Below are positions 22,567 through 32,501 of a stretch of 64,000 nt of DNA, in pieces. Location: contig KV454012.1 in the NCBI GenBank assembly GCA_001661245.1, forward strand, positions 1,198,848 through 1,262,847, written 5' to 3'. This DNA is from Pachysolen tannophilus NRRL Y-2460. Taxonomy: Eukaryota. Both the position numbers and the translations under genes were made by a program. The notes beneath the pieces were generated by a model. The model searched no databases. It saw only the letters and a list, made by a program, of their open reading frames with translations, and was not told the DNA's origin. Position 1 is the stretch's first letter. Each line of letters opens with the position of its first letter.

Positions 22567-24750
22567 CTATACTTCCCTGTCAACAAAACTTTGGATCATT
22601 CCAATTTCGCTTTCTTCATATTCTTTTAATTTAACCTCGTCATCTTCAATAAAAGAGTTTGCTTGGATAAATTGTTTTCTTGGCATTCTTTTAGAAATTA
22701 TTATTTCTCTGAACTTGGCAATATCAGGTGTAACAGTTGTCTTTTCGGTGTAAAACTTAGTACCATTTACAACATCAGCAGAGCATTTGTAGACATGTAA
22801 CTTCAATAAATAATCACCGATACATTTTTTTCCAACTGTATGGATCAAAGTTGGATCCAATTTCACTAACAAATCTGAATAATCTGGTTTCGAATATTCT
22901 AATTTGACCAAGCCGGCTTCTAACATCGTCTTGAAAATTGAATATCTAGCTTGCATGTGTGCTTGTCCCCATTTACCAGTATTTGGTTCCCAATACTCTA
23001 TACCAATTAAACCAGCCCTTGCCATAGTTAAAAAGGATGTTAGTACAATCTTATCTTGAATCTCTTTTTTGCTGAAACCAAAAATTTCCAAGAAATCTGG
23101 GAAGAGTTGCAAATAAAGACCAACCAATTCTGCTCTACATTCTTCCATAGAACCAGAAATACTACTGAAGACTGACCCCCAGGTTTCACCTTTCTTATAA
23201 AAAGTCTTAATTGGCTTTCCATCTAAGCCTAATGGAGGATTCTTAACATCAAAGTTGAAAGAACCATCTTGTAATTCAGAAAGTAACAAACCAGTTCCAT
23301 GACCGAGCAACTCATGCGCACCAACTTGAACTTCAAATGCCTGAGTTGTATATTCATCGAATGTTTGTTGTAAAGAATCTTCAATGAATGTAACAGGTTT
23401 TTTAGATGACTTAGCAGATAAGATATTTCCCAAGGAAACGTTTTTAAAACCGATAGTCATTCTAACATCATCATAATTTGGAATATTAATTCCTGCAGGA
23501 ATACCACTTCCTGCAAATGTTAAGACTTCCAAAGAGGTAAAATCAGGAGCAGTGAACTTCTCTTTTTCAAATTCCAGAGACCAAGGCAATTCTTTAATAT
23601 ACTTAGGAGCATTTTGAACTAAAGTTTGGAATTTAGCAGTACGTTCCTTATTAACCATTGCCACTAAGCCCTCCCATTCACCTCTAACTCCTGCAGGATC
23701 ACGATAAGTTTCAATGAAACCGATGTTAGTTTCCACCGAAGGACCGTAATCTTTAACCCATTCTTTTTGGGATTCTTTGTGGGCATTCATTGAACCTGTT
23801 TGGAAAGATTCTATATAGTGAGAGAGCATTCTAGCTTGAATATCATTTGCAGCATGTTTTTTTGCATTTGATAAATTTTCAGCAATTTTGACAAATTCTT
23901 TTGAATGATCACCAAATTTGATGATCAATTTTGCCAGTTTCCCATTGTGTAACTTAAAAGGAATTTCATCCGGATAATAAGTAGTTTCATTTTTCAAGCT
24001 TGCACTAGCAACGTAAACTACAAATTCATCATCACTAATTTTTCCAACTCTTGTATTTTCAGGCATGATTTTTTCATTTGAGAGAGCAGCATTGACTGCT
24101 TCTGCTTCATCTTTTGAAACAACGTCTAAATAATAACCAGAAACATGACCTTTGTCTCTCCATCCTAAAAGTATGTTTTTACCGTCGAGCAGGTATAACA
24201 GGGTTTTAACTGATTGATAAAGTTTGGAAATATCTGGATTACCGATTGTTTCAATCAAAGTATCAAATTCTTCTACAGTTAACCTTGGAATAAATTTAAC
24301 ATCACCAAATGATTTATAATTCCCTAAATTACTTAAAAACATTGAACCATACTCTAAGTACGCCTTCACAGATTCGGATGATAATTTTGAATCAAAAAAT
24401 TTTTCATAATTGCCGTTTACCTGTTTATGAATTGAAATGATAAGATCAAAAATCAGTTCAGATTCTGGAGATACAGATCTCAACACAGCTCTTGTTCCCC
24501 AATGAGAACCTTTAGACATATAATGAGCATACTTCTTTTCATCTAGGGTCAATTGATCAAAATGATGTTTGGCGGACAACGAAATAACAGGAGCTTTTGT
24601 ATCGGCAAAATACTCTGCAGTTTGGATAGTACTACTACCACAAGACATGTTTCTTTTCGATAAATTAATACTAATGATATTTGCTTTATTTAACTTGATT
24701 GAAATTGAATTGATGCTTTTTAGGAAAAATGTTTTCCTAATACTATTCAT
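22567..24750 (-). CDS. Dipeptidyl peptidase III (peptidase M49, YOL057W ortholog)
   Basis: HELLGH zinc motif, EECRAE, GFIETYRDP, PDFTSLEVL, AGINIPNYDDVR. Confidence 0.95.
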   Translation of the reverse strand: MNSIRKTFFLKSINSISIKLNKANIISINLSKRNMSCGSSTIQTAEYFADTKAPVISLSAKHHFDQLTLDEKKYAHYMSKGSHWGTRAVLRSVSPESELIFDLIISIHKQVNGNYEKFFDSKLSSESVKAYLEYGSMFLSNLGNYKSFGDVKFIPRLTVEEFDTLIETIGNPDISKLYQSVKTLLYLLDGKNILLGWRDKGHVSGYYLDVVSKDEAEAVNAALSNEKIMPENTRVGKISDDEFVVYVASASLKNETTYYPDEIPFKLHNGKLAKLIIKFGDHSKEFVKIAENLSNAKKHAANDIQARMLSHYIESFQTGSMNAHKESQKEWVKDYGPSVETNIGFIETYRDPAGVRGEWEGLVAMVNKERTAKFQTLVQNAPKYIKELPWSLEFEKEKFTAPDFTSLEVLTFAGSGIPAGINIPNYDDVRMTIGFKNVSLGNILSAKSSKKPVTFIEDSLQQTFDEYTTQAFEVQVGAHELLGHGTGLLLSELQDGSFNFDVKNPPLGLDGKPIKTFYKKGETWGSVFSSISGSMEECRAELVGLYLQLFPDFLEIFGFSKKEIQDKIVLTSFLTMARAGLIGIEYWEPNTGKWGQAHMQARYSIFKTMLEAGLVKLEYSKPDYSDLLVKLDPTLIHTVGKKCIGDYLLKLHVYKCSADVVNGTKFYTEKTTVTPDIAKFREIIISKRMPRKQFIQANSFIEDDEVKLKEYEESEIGMIQSFVDREV

Positions 24751-25096
24751 CTAATTGATATTTGATTCTTATTTTAAAAAAAGCAACAATTCACAGTTTT
24801 TATATATAAATATACGTGGACCTTATCTTGGAACTGTTTACGTTTGAATTTTGAAAAATTTCTCCACAAACATTGAAAACAAGTGAAAAATAAGTGAAAA
24901 ACCCAAAGAATTCAAGAAAACTACAAATTGATTTCTTCTATATCTAAATGAATATAAATAATTATATGCAGAGAAGTATATGAGAGGTCTATATATATAT
25001 TCTATAAACAAAATAATGCCAATAATTAGAGTTCCCGGTTTGAGTAGTAATAAATACAAAATATGAAAATAAAATATAAAAAATTAAAATACGATA

Positions 25097-27274
25097 TTAT
25101 CCATTCAAGTAACTATCGATGCTCTCCGGATCATCATCTATTTTTTCGTACTCGTCCAAATCGTCGTTATTCGTTAAGCCTAAGTCTCCGTGTTCGCCAT
25201 CATTACCATCCACACCATTTTCTTCATTAGCTGAAGCAGCAGCAGCAGCAGCAGCTCCTGCCGCTGTGCTTCTTCTTCTTCTAGTTCTTGTAGTACCTGT
25301 ATCCCTCGAACCGTCGCGTCCTTCTCTAATGTGATCACTTGCTGCTGTAGTTAACGCCACTGGCGCTGCTGATGCTGATTGACTATCTACGTTTGAAGAA
25401 GAAGAAGCATTATTAGGGTCCAGATTGTAATTTTGAGCTTGTCCCTGTCCCAGTGACTGAGATTCTTCTCTACTATGATTGAAATCGTCAACTTTTTGAT
25501 GATGGGATACGTTTATGCTATCAGTATGAATTCCAGCTATGTCATCTGCCATATTTGCAGCTCTTTGAGTGATTCCTGCCAGTGATGCTTTTCTCGAAAC
25601 ATCATAATAAGTATCACCTGTCGAGCCTTTCCCAAAACTTAAAAACCTGTTACGATTGCTATGGCTGTGGGGTCTCGTAGCGTCTCCAACACTATAATTT
25701 TTTTTAAATAGGTGAATATTTTTATTTTTATCGCTAGGTTGACCCTCCGTTTTTGTGCTAGCGCCAGCATTGGCATAATTATTAAGTTCAATTGCATCAT
25801 TATCTAAAGTTGATTCAATATCTTTTTCTTTTCTTGATTTAACTCTGGTTATAATTCTTCTTAAATTTCCTGAAATTGTTTCCTTTTCTGGATCAAATGG
25901 GTTTGGATCATAACCTTCTTCGTCAGAGTTATTTATATAATTATCCCCAGAATTTTTGCCTTGATATTCACCTTCTATAGCAGTGTTTGGATCTGCAATA
26001 GATTTTTCTCTAAAATCAGGCAGACCCATATTGGCAACTGGGAATACATTTCGAGGAGATTTTACAAATTCTGCAGAGTTTGTAGTCACTACAGGTCTCA
26101 ACTTATTCAATCTTGATCTCGTGGAAACCGCTGAGCTATTACGTTGTAATCCAGTTGATCTTGCCGACTTAAAAGACCTAGAAGACATGCCAGATCTGGT
26201 AGAGAAATTTGTTCTTATTGGTATTATTGAATTTGCTTCGTTTACCCTTTGTTGTTGTGGTTCTGCAGAAGCCGGGAAATAACTCTGAGGAGGTTGATTA
26301 TTAGTCTTATCTTTTTCTTCAAAATCATTTGATGATGATGAAAGACCCATATAATTGTTTGATGATGCAGCTGAAGAAATATGAGACTTTACTCTGACAA
26401 CTCTTGAATCCATATTCAATTCTGGTTGTTCATCTCTCTCATCAAATTCTGGTAAGTTCAATTGTTTCTTATCTTTTTCAACAACAATCAAGTGAGAGTA
26501 CCATGGTAGCCAAACACCAAATACAATACCCCCGATACAGTTTCCTATTGCAGCTGGAATCATCAATTTCCATATGTAGGCACCAACACTATGAGGGGCA
26601 CCATTAAGTAATCCAATTGGAATTAAATACATATCTGCAACCACATGGTTAAACCCCATACTTACAAAAGTGCAAACAGGTAAGTACATCATTAAAAACT
26701 TAACGTGCAAAGGTTTAGCCATAATTTGTAAATATATAGCTAAACAAACACAAAAATTACATGGAATACTTTTAATCAATGTTTCGATAAATGAATATGC
26801 CATTTTTTGATCCACAATTTCGATTGAACCAGCAACCATATTAGCATCTTGGGTTGTCTTTGATAAATGACAAATCACATAGCACACAAATAAGTTTCCA
26901 GCTAGATTTCCGAAAAAACTAACAGTCCAACTTATAACCAAGTCTAGTATAGTTACAGCTCCTCTCAACACACCTACTGTGAAAAATAAAATATTCGAAT
27001 TGAACAAATCAGCACCCATATTCACCACATAGAAAAGCCCAAACGGATACAATGAGCCTTGTAGCAATCGTATTATCCCTGGGTTTGACAGATAAATCCC
27101 AGGGCATTCGGCTTGAGCTAATAAATGTAACATACCACCACAACTAAACAACATTCCACCCATTATAGAATTCAATATTAACGTATCTATCTTCAATCTT
27201 GCTTTCTTCATTGACGTAGCCACCACTGCAAGTGCAGCCTCATGAGTGTTTATATAGTAAGTGTCATCAGACAT
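25097..27274 (-). CDS. Formate/nitrite transporter family protein with a long cytosolic tail (YHL008C-like)
   Basis: GADLFNSN, CNFCVCLA, FVSMGFNHVVADM, GNCIGG, then LPEFDERDEQPELNMDSRVVR and a low-complexity tail. Confidence 0.88.
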   Translation of the reverse strand: MSDDTYYINTHEAALAVVATSMKKARLKIDTLILNSIMGGMLFSCGGMLHLLAQAECPGIYLSNPGIIRLLQGSLYPFGLFYVVNMGADLFNSNILFFTVGVLRGAVTILDLVISWTVSFFGNLAGNLFVCYVICHLSKTTQDANMVAGSIEIVDQKMAYSFIETLIKSIPCNFCVCLAIYLQIMAKPLHVKFLMMYLPVCTFVSMGFNHVVADMYLIPIGLLNGAPHSVGAYIWKLMIPAAIGNCIGGIVFGVWLPWYSHLIVVEKDKKQLNLPEFDERDEQPELNMDSRVVRVKSHISSAASSNNYMGLSSSSNDFEEKDKTNNQPPQSYFPASAEPQQQRVNEANSIIPIRTNFSTRSGMSSRSFKSARSTGLQRNSSAVSTRSRLNKLRPVVTTNSAEFVKSPRNVFPVANMGLPDFREKSIADPNTAIEGEYQGKNSGDNYINNSDEEGYDPNPFDPEKETISGNLRRIITRVKSRKEKDIESTLDNDAIELNNYANAGASTKTEGQPSDKNKNIHLFKKNYSVGDATRPHSHSNRNRFLSFGKGSTGDTYYDVSRKASLAGITQRAANMADDIAGIHTDSINVSHHQKVDDFNHSREESQSLGQGQAQNYNLDPNNASSSSNVDSQSASAAPVALTTAASDHIREGRDGSRDTGTTRTRRRRSTAAGAAAAAAASANEENGVDGNDGEHGDLGLTNNDDLDEYEKIDDDPESIDSYLNG

Positions 27275-27832
27275 CTTTTCTTATGTGTCCAATAATTTAT
27301 ATATAGTCTTCCGAGCTTCCTTTACTTTCTGTTTCCCCTTCTTGTTCTCATCCAGATCAAACAAACTGCTGATCGAAAAATAAAAAACCACAAATAGTTT
27401 ATATGAGCAACCTCGTAAAATAAAAAAAAGAAAAGCAAAACGCTCAACAAGTAATTACTTCAGGAAAGGGAACAAATAAATACTAATAAATAATATCTTT
27501 CAGGTCTTTTTATTATAATTTAAAGTCACCATAATAATAATAATAATAGGTAGAAAAATTGTGTGGTTTTATTTACCTAAAATGTATGGAGGAAAAAAAG
27601 CGCAAAAAAAAAAAAAAAAAAAAAAAAATTGTGAAAAAATTCGGGGTTTTTTCTCTTAGTGGAAAGTGGAATAAAAAGGAAATGAAGCAAAAGGTAAAAA
27701 AAGCTTTATAAACTAATTAATATGGGGGAAAATGTGAAAAGGTGAAAAAAGAAAATATTGTAGCTTATATGTGTTAGTATGTGAAAAGAAAAAAAGAAAA
27801 AAAGAAAAAAAAAGATTTTGTCTTATTTGAAT

Positions 27833-28516
27833 TCAGCCTATTGATGATAGTATTACATTCCAGATTAAACTTAAAATACAATTCATTGGGAATACCAAAT
27901 TTTCCGGCAATATGGTAAACGCAAGGATGGAAAAACTTGGCCATATGAAAAATGAAAGTTTTAATGTCTTTATGTAAGATGTCCTTAGGGCCAATTTGAT
28001 ATCGTTATTATCCCATATACAGCTGAATATTATGAAAACCAATTGAAATGTTGGGTTACCTATGATTTGATCCATCAAGATTTTTTTAACGTTATTTTCT
28101 CTTGCGTTAACAAATATGAAATCGATCCATAATTCTGAAAATAATCCATTAATAGCACCCCAAAGTAAGAATTTGAAAAACTTATTAGCAGAAAAATTTG
28201 ACTTAAAAAATTGATCTATTGTTTGTCCTAAGATTGATGTAATTGATCCTAATAAACAAGATCCCAATAATCTATGATTAATAACTAATATATCATATTT
28301 TAAAAAAAAAACCACCGCCAGTAATGATTCAACTAAAATTAGCAGAAGTAAATTTCTCCTAGAATGATAACTCTTAATAAATGATTTCTTATTATCAGCT
28401 ATCGCTGGCTTAGGTATAGAATTATCATCATCAAAATTTTCTTTCTTTGCTGTGAGGGAGCCTTGTCCAAACGCTGATAATTCTATATTATTTAAATTGA
28501 CGTTTTTGTTTGACAT
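27833..28516 (-). CDS. Mpv17/PMP22 family membrane protein
   Basis: KKILMDQIIGNP, LKLSFFIWP, WNVILS pattern and several hydrophobic segments. Confidence 0.75.
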   Translation of the reverse strand: MSNKNVNLNNIELSAFGQGSLTAKKENFDDDNSIPKPAIADNKKSFIKSYHSRRNLLLLILVESLLAVVFFLKYDILVINHRLLGSCLLGSITSILGQTIDQFFKSNFSANKFFKFLLWGAINGLFSELWIDFIFVNARENNVKKILMDQIIGNPTFQLVFIIFSCIWDNNDIKLALRTSYIKTLKLSFFIWPSFSILAFTILPENLVFPMNCILSLIWNVILSSIG

Positions 28517-29168
28517 TTACCATGTATAATCTATATCTGTTACCTATATTAACTATGTTACCTATTAATTCCCATCTATCTAATTCCTGGAACTTCCCTT
28601 GAATATTCACTATAGATTGATCTATTATAAGAAAATTAACGTCGACGTGTGTTTGTTGGTATATCAGTTGGGAATGGAATTTTATCTTTTTCACTTTTAT
28701 AATAACTGAGATGAACGTCACTGAAATAACGGACACGACGTACCCCACTCACATCAAAAAGTGACACAACAATTTAATAGCAGAAAAAATCCACTTTACA
28801 ACAACGATAAGAACACCAAGACAATCTGATTAGATATATATATATATATATATATGTCTTGCAGTTATATGGGTATCATCTTATAAGATCAATCTTATAT
28901 AGATATATAGATATTATTGTAAAAACTCAGAAACTAACAAAAAAAAAAAAAAAAAAATGAGGCAAAACCTGTTGTTTTTATATGATTTTGAAAAGGGAAA
29001 ATTTAATTACGTTTAAAGAATACAACATTTGAAATGTTGTATTGTTTTTAATTATCAATAATATTGAATTGGAACACAAGTACTTAAAGATGTAACTAAT
29101 TCATGAAATAAAAAAAGAATGTCTCTATATATTGTCACTATTTTCTAAAATAGGAGTGAGACGAAATT

Positions 29169-29993
29169 ATGGAATTGGAATTGGAATTGTTAGCGCTTTC
29201 AAAGAAATATGATGAAAAAAATCATAGTGGAAATCAAAGTTCTTATAGTAAATCTCGTTATCAACAGATCAAGATTCTTTTCTTTGAAAGTGGATATATA
29301 AAAATGCCACCATTATGGAAATCATTTATAACAGTTTACGATAATTTTTTCATGGAAAACGAAAGGGATTTTTGTATTTTACCATCAGATCTTAATGAAA
29401 AAGAGTTGAAAATTGGATTTCAATTATTTCAAAGAATTTGTCAATTACCTATTAGGTTAAGAGACTTAAAAAAAAATGAAAAACTTTCAATTTTACAATT
29501 TAATACACAATCATCATTATTAATTGAAAAGTCAATTAAAAATTATGCGAATTGGTTATTAAGTATGGAAAATAGTAAAGATATTTTTAATTATTTCCAA
29601 AATTGTTCTTATAAAGCTGAAAATTTTAATAACAAGAAAAAAATTTATTATGGTTCATACTTAATCATTACCAAACTCAATTCAAAATTTTTCTTAAAGA
29701 CAAGAACTTCAAAGCAAAAATTAGAAAAGGAAAGGCAAAAACAATTATTAAAACTTGAATTTTTGAAAAAAAATCAATTGTCAAATGGTAAAATTGTTTT
29801 AATAGCGGAGATTATAGGATGTAACATTCAATTTTGGATTTTTCATAATTCATTGGAGAAAACAATTTCTAAAGATTTAACCAGAATTAAATCCGAAATT
29901 GAATGTATTCAATTAGCTCTTAGAATTACCATGATTATTGAATTCGCAAGACAAGAAATGAATAGTTGGTTATCTACCCCTTTTTCTAATTGA
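29169..29993 (+). CDS. Hypothetical basic protein (274 aa)
   Basis: ATG-started ORF of 825 nt in very AT-rich DNA with no overlap with other genes. No confident family assignment. Confidence 0.65.
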   Translation: MELELELLALSKKYDEKNHSGNQSSYSKSRYQQIKILFFESGYIKMPPLWKSFITVYDNFFMENERDFCILPSDLNEKELKIGFQLFQRICQLPIRLRDLKKNEKLSILQFNTQSSLLIEKSIKNYANWLLSMENSKDIFNYFQNCSYKAENFNNKKKIYYGSYLIITKLNSKFFLKTRTSKQKLEKERQKQLLKLEFLKKNQLSNGKIVLIAEIIGCNIQFWIFHNSLEKTISKDLTRIKSEIECIQLALRITMIIEFARQEMNSWLSTPFSN

Positions 29994-30192
29994 CTACTGC
30001 TTATGGTTAGTAGTGTGCAAAATTTTTTTTTAAAAAAAAAAATTCCTTCTAGAAATTTGAGTGGAAATTTTTCATTTCATTCTTAAGATCCAAAACGTAA
30101 ATTTAGCCCAAATTATAAGGTAAAAAAATTTAGCGTTTTGATAAACCAAAAAACATAGAATATAAAGACTTAAAATTAATTTTGTACTAGAG

Positions 30193-30757
30193 ATGGGCAT
30201 TGTTCATAATCCAAACAACTGGTAAGTGGTATATTTTTTTCAAAAACGATTTGACTTGGTACCAAAAAGAATAAAAAGAACTCTAACCAAGAATTTTTTT
30301 TTTTTTTTTTTTTTTTTTTTCATGAATTAGGCATTGGCTCGATAAAAACTGTTTACCTTGGAGTAAAACATATCTTGAAGAAAAACTTGGGAATACTGAG
30401 TTTAAAAATGATAAATTTCAAGTTATTTTAACTAAAGTCAGTTCTGTAACTGGTGATTGTGATGTTACTCAAAGAAAGGGACAGACTAGATGTATTTTTG
30501 ACTTACAATTGGAGTTTGAATCAAAATTATCATTTTTGGAAGAAGAAGATGAAGACATCAATTTCACTATTTTACTTCCTGAATTTGGACATGATCAAGA
30601 TGAAGATGATTATGATTTCATAATCACTGGAGGTAATGCAGAGCTTAAAAAAATTATAAGAGATAATTTCATTCCACTAGTAAGGGCTAAATTACTCCAA
30701 TTCCAAGGTGATTTAATTAAGGAACATGACCAAAGTGTTAAGCACAATACTGATTAG
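30193..30757 (+). CDS. HCH1: Hsp90 co-chaperone Hch1 (Aha1 N-domain only). Exon 1 30193-30221, intron 30222-30330, exon 2 30331-30757.
   Basis: Spliced product is MGIVHNPNNW-HWLDKNCLPWSKTYL...VTGDCDVTQRKGQTRCIFDL (151 aa). GTAAGT donor, CTCTAAC branch candidate, TAG acceptor. Confidence 0.9.
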
Positions 30758-30985
30758 GTATCATATCACATTCATATATTATTTGTATACGTCTATTTAT
30801 ATAAAAAATGGGGGAATTATACACGGCCGTATAATAAGTATACATAAATAGAAAGTTTCCAAAAAAAATCTTTATATACATTTTAAGATAACGAGGGAAA
30901 AATATAAAAAAATAGTAAATAATAGTAAAATCAATATCTATAAACTTATTATACTAATTCACTCATTAGTTATTTATTCATATAT

Positions 30986-32242
30986 ATGGCTTCTCCTATT
31001 CCAGTGATATCACAGCCGTTTAAGAAACATCAAGTTTTTGCAGCATTTTGGATATTTGGGTTATTAAACAATGTATTATATGTTGTTATATTATCTGCTG
31101 CCATTGATCTAGTAGGAGCTTTAGTTCCTAAAGCAACAGTATTACTTGCTGATGTTTTACCATCTTTATTGGTTAAGATACTGGCTCCTTTTTTTATTCA
31201 ATTGATACCGTATAATTATAAAATTACTGTAATTGTGCTGTTGGATATTTTAGGCATGTTAACCATTGTATATTCAGATAATACTTCTTGGAAACTTTTC
31301 GGGATTGTGTTGGCATCTTTGAGTTCAGGTTTGGGTGAAGTAAGTTTCTTACAATTGACCCATTATTATACCAATACTTCATTAAAAGCATTCAGCTCTG
31401 GAACAGGTGGTGCAGGATTAGTTGGTAGCTTTACATATTTTTTAATGACTACTGTCTTGGGGGTTTCAGTTAAAATCAGTTTGTTAGTATTCACAGTTGT
31501 TCCTTTTATCATAATCTTTGATTTTTTCTGGTTATTACCGACACCTGTTTTTCTGTTTGATCTTGAAAACAATGGTTTATCTTATGGTGAAATAGAAGAT
31601 AATCTGGATAATAATAGTGGTAGTATTAGATCTCTCAAATTTAATGATTTGAAATTAAATAAGGAATCATTCATTTTTTTGAAGAAACACGTTCTGAATG
31701 TTTGTAGGAAACTTGAGCTATTAATTGTTCCATTTATGATACCATTAACGACAGTATACATTGCTGAATATATAATCAATCAAGGTATCTCACCAACATT
31801 GCTTTTCTCTATTGATAAGACCCCTTTCAAAAAATATAGAGATTTGTATGTGGCATATGGAACTCTTTATCAATTAGGAGTATTTATATCAAGATCATCA
31901 GCGTCTTTCTACAGGATTAAAAGACTTTATATCCCATCATTACTTCAATTTATAAATTTGCTGATTTGTTTTGCACAGTCTTTATTTATGATAATTCCAA
32001 ATGTAAATTTAGTGTTATTGTTAATGTTTTATGAAGGTTTACTAGGTGGTGCTTCTTATGTAAATACTTTTATGTTAGTTACAGAATCGGTGGATTTAGA
32101 AAATAGAGAATTTGCTATGGGTGCTGTTGGTGTCAGTGACAGCTTCGGTATTGTTGTTGCTGCATGCATAAGCATGTGGTTAGAACCTAAGTTGTGTCAA
32201 TTTCAAGTAAGTGATGGAAGACCTTGGTGTAGAATGGAATGA
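30986..32242 (+). CDS. YHC3: Battenin/CLN3 ortholog, vacuolar membrane protein
   Basis: FGLLNNVLYVVILSAA, SSGLGEVSFL, SSGTGGAG, EYIINQGISPTL, YQLGVFISRSS, YEGLLGGASYVNT. Confidence 0.95.
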   Translation: MASPIPVISQPFKKHQVFAAFWIFGLLNNVLYVVILSAAIDLVGALVPKATVLLADVLPSLLVKILAPFFIQLIPYNYKITVIVLLDILGMLTIVYSDNTSWKLFGIVLASLSSGLGEVSFLQLTHYYTNTSLKAFSSGTGGAGLVGSFTYFLMTTVLGVSVKISLLVFTVVPFIIIFDFFWLLPTPVFLFDLENNGLSYGEIEDNLDNNSGSIRSLKFNDLKLNKESFIFLKKHVLNVCRKLELLIVPFMIPLTTVYIAEYIINQGISPTLLFSIDKTPFKKYRDLYVAYGTLYQLGVFISRSSASFYRIKRLYIPSLLQFINLLICFAQSLFMIIPNVNLVLLLMFYEGLLGGASYVNTFMLVTESVDLENREFAMGAVGVSDSFGIVVAACISMWLEPKLCQFQVSDGRPWCRME

Positions 32243-32501
32243 AATGTCGGCTTACTTTATATATTTAACTTATAATAATATGATCAAAATATTTGTAAAA
32301 GAAAATAAAATAGAATTATACATACACAAAATTTTAAATGAAAATGCTACCCAATTATAATATCGATTGATGATAATAGATAAAACAATTCTATATATTG
32401 AACCTACCCCACCAAAAATAAAAATAATAATAATAAAAAAAAAAAAAAATCATAATAATGAATACCCAATCTGATCTCTCAGTCTCTTTTGTACATATTA
32501 A

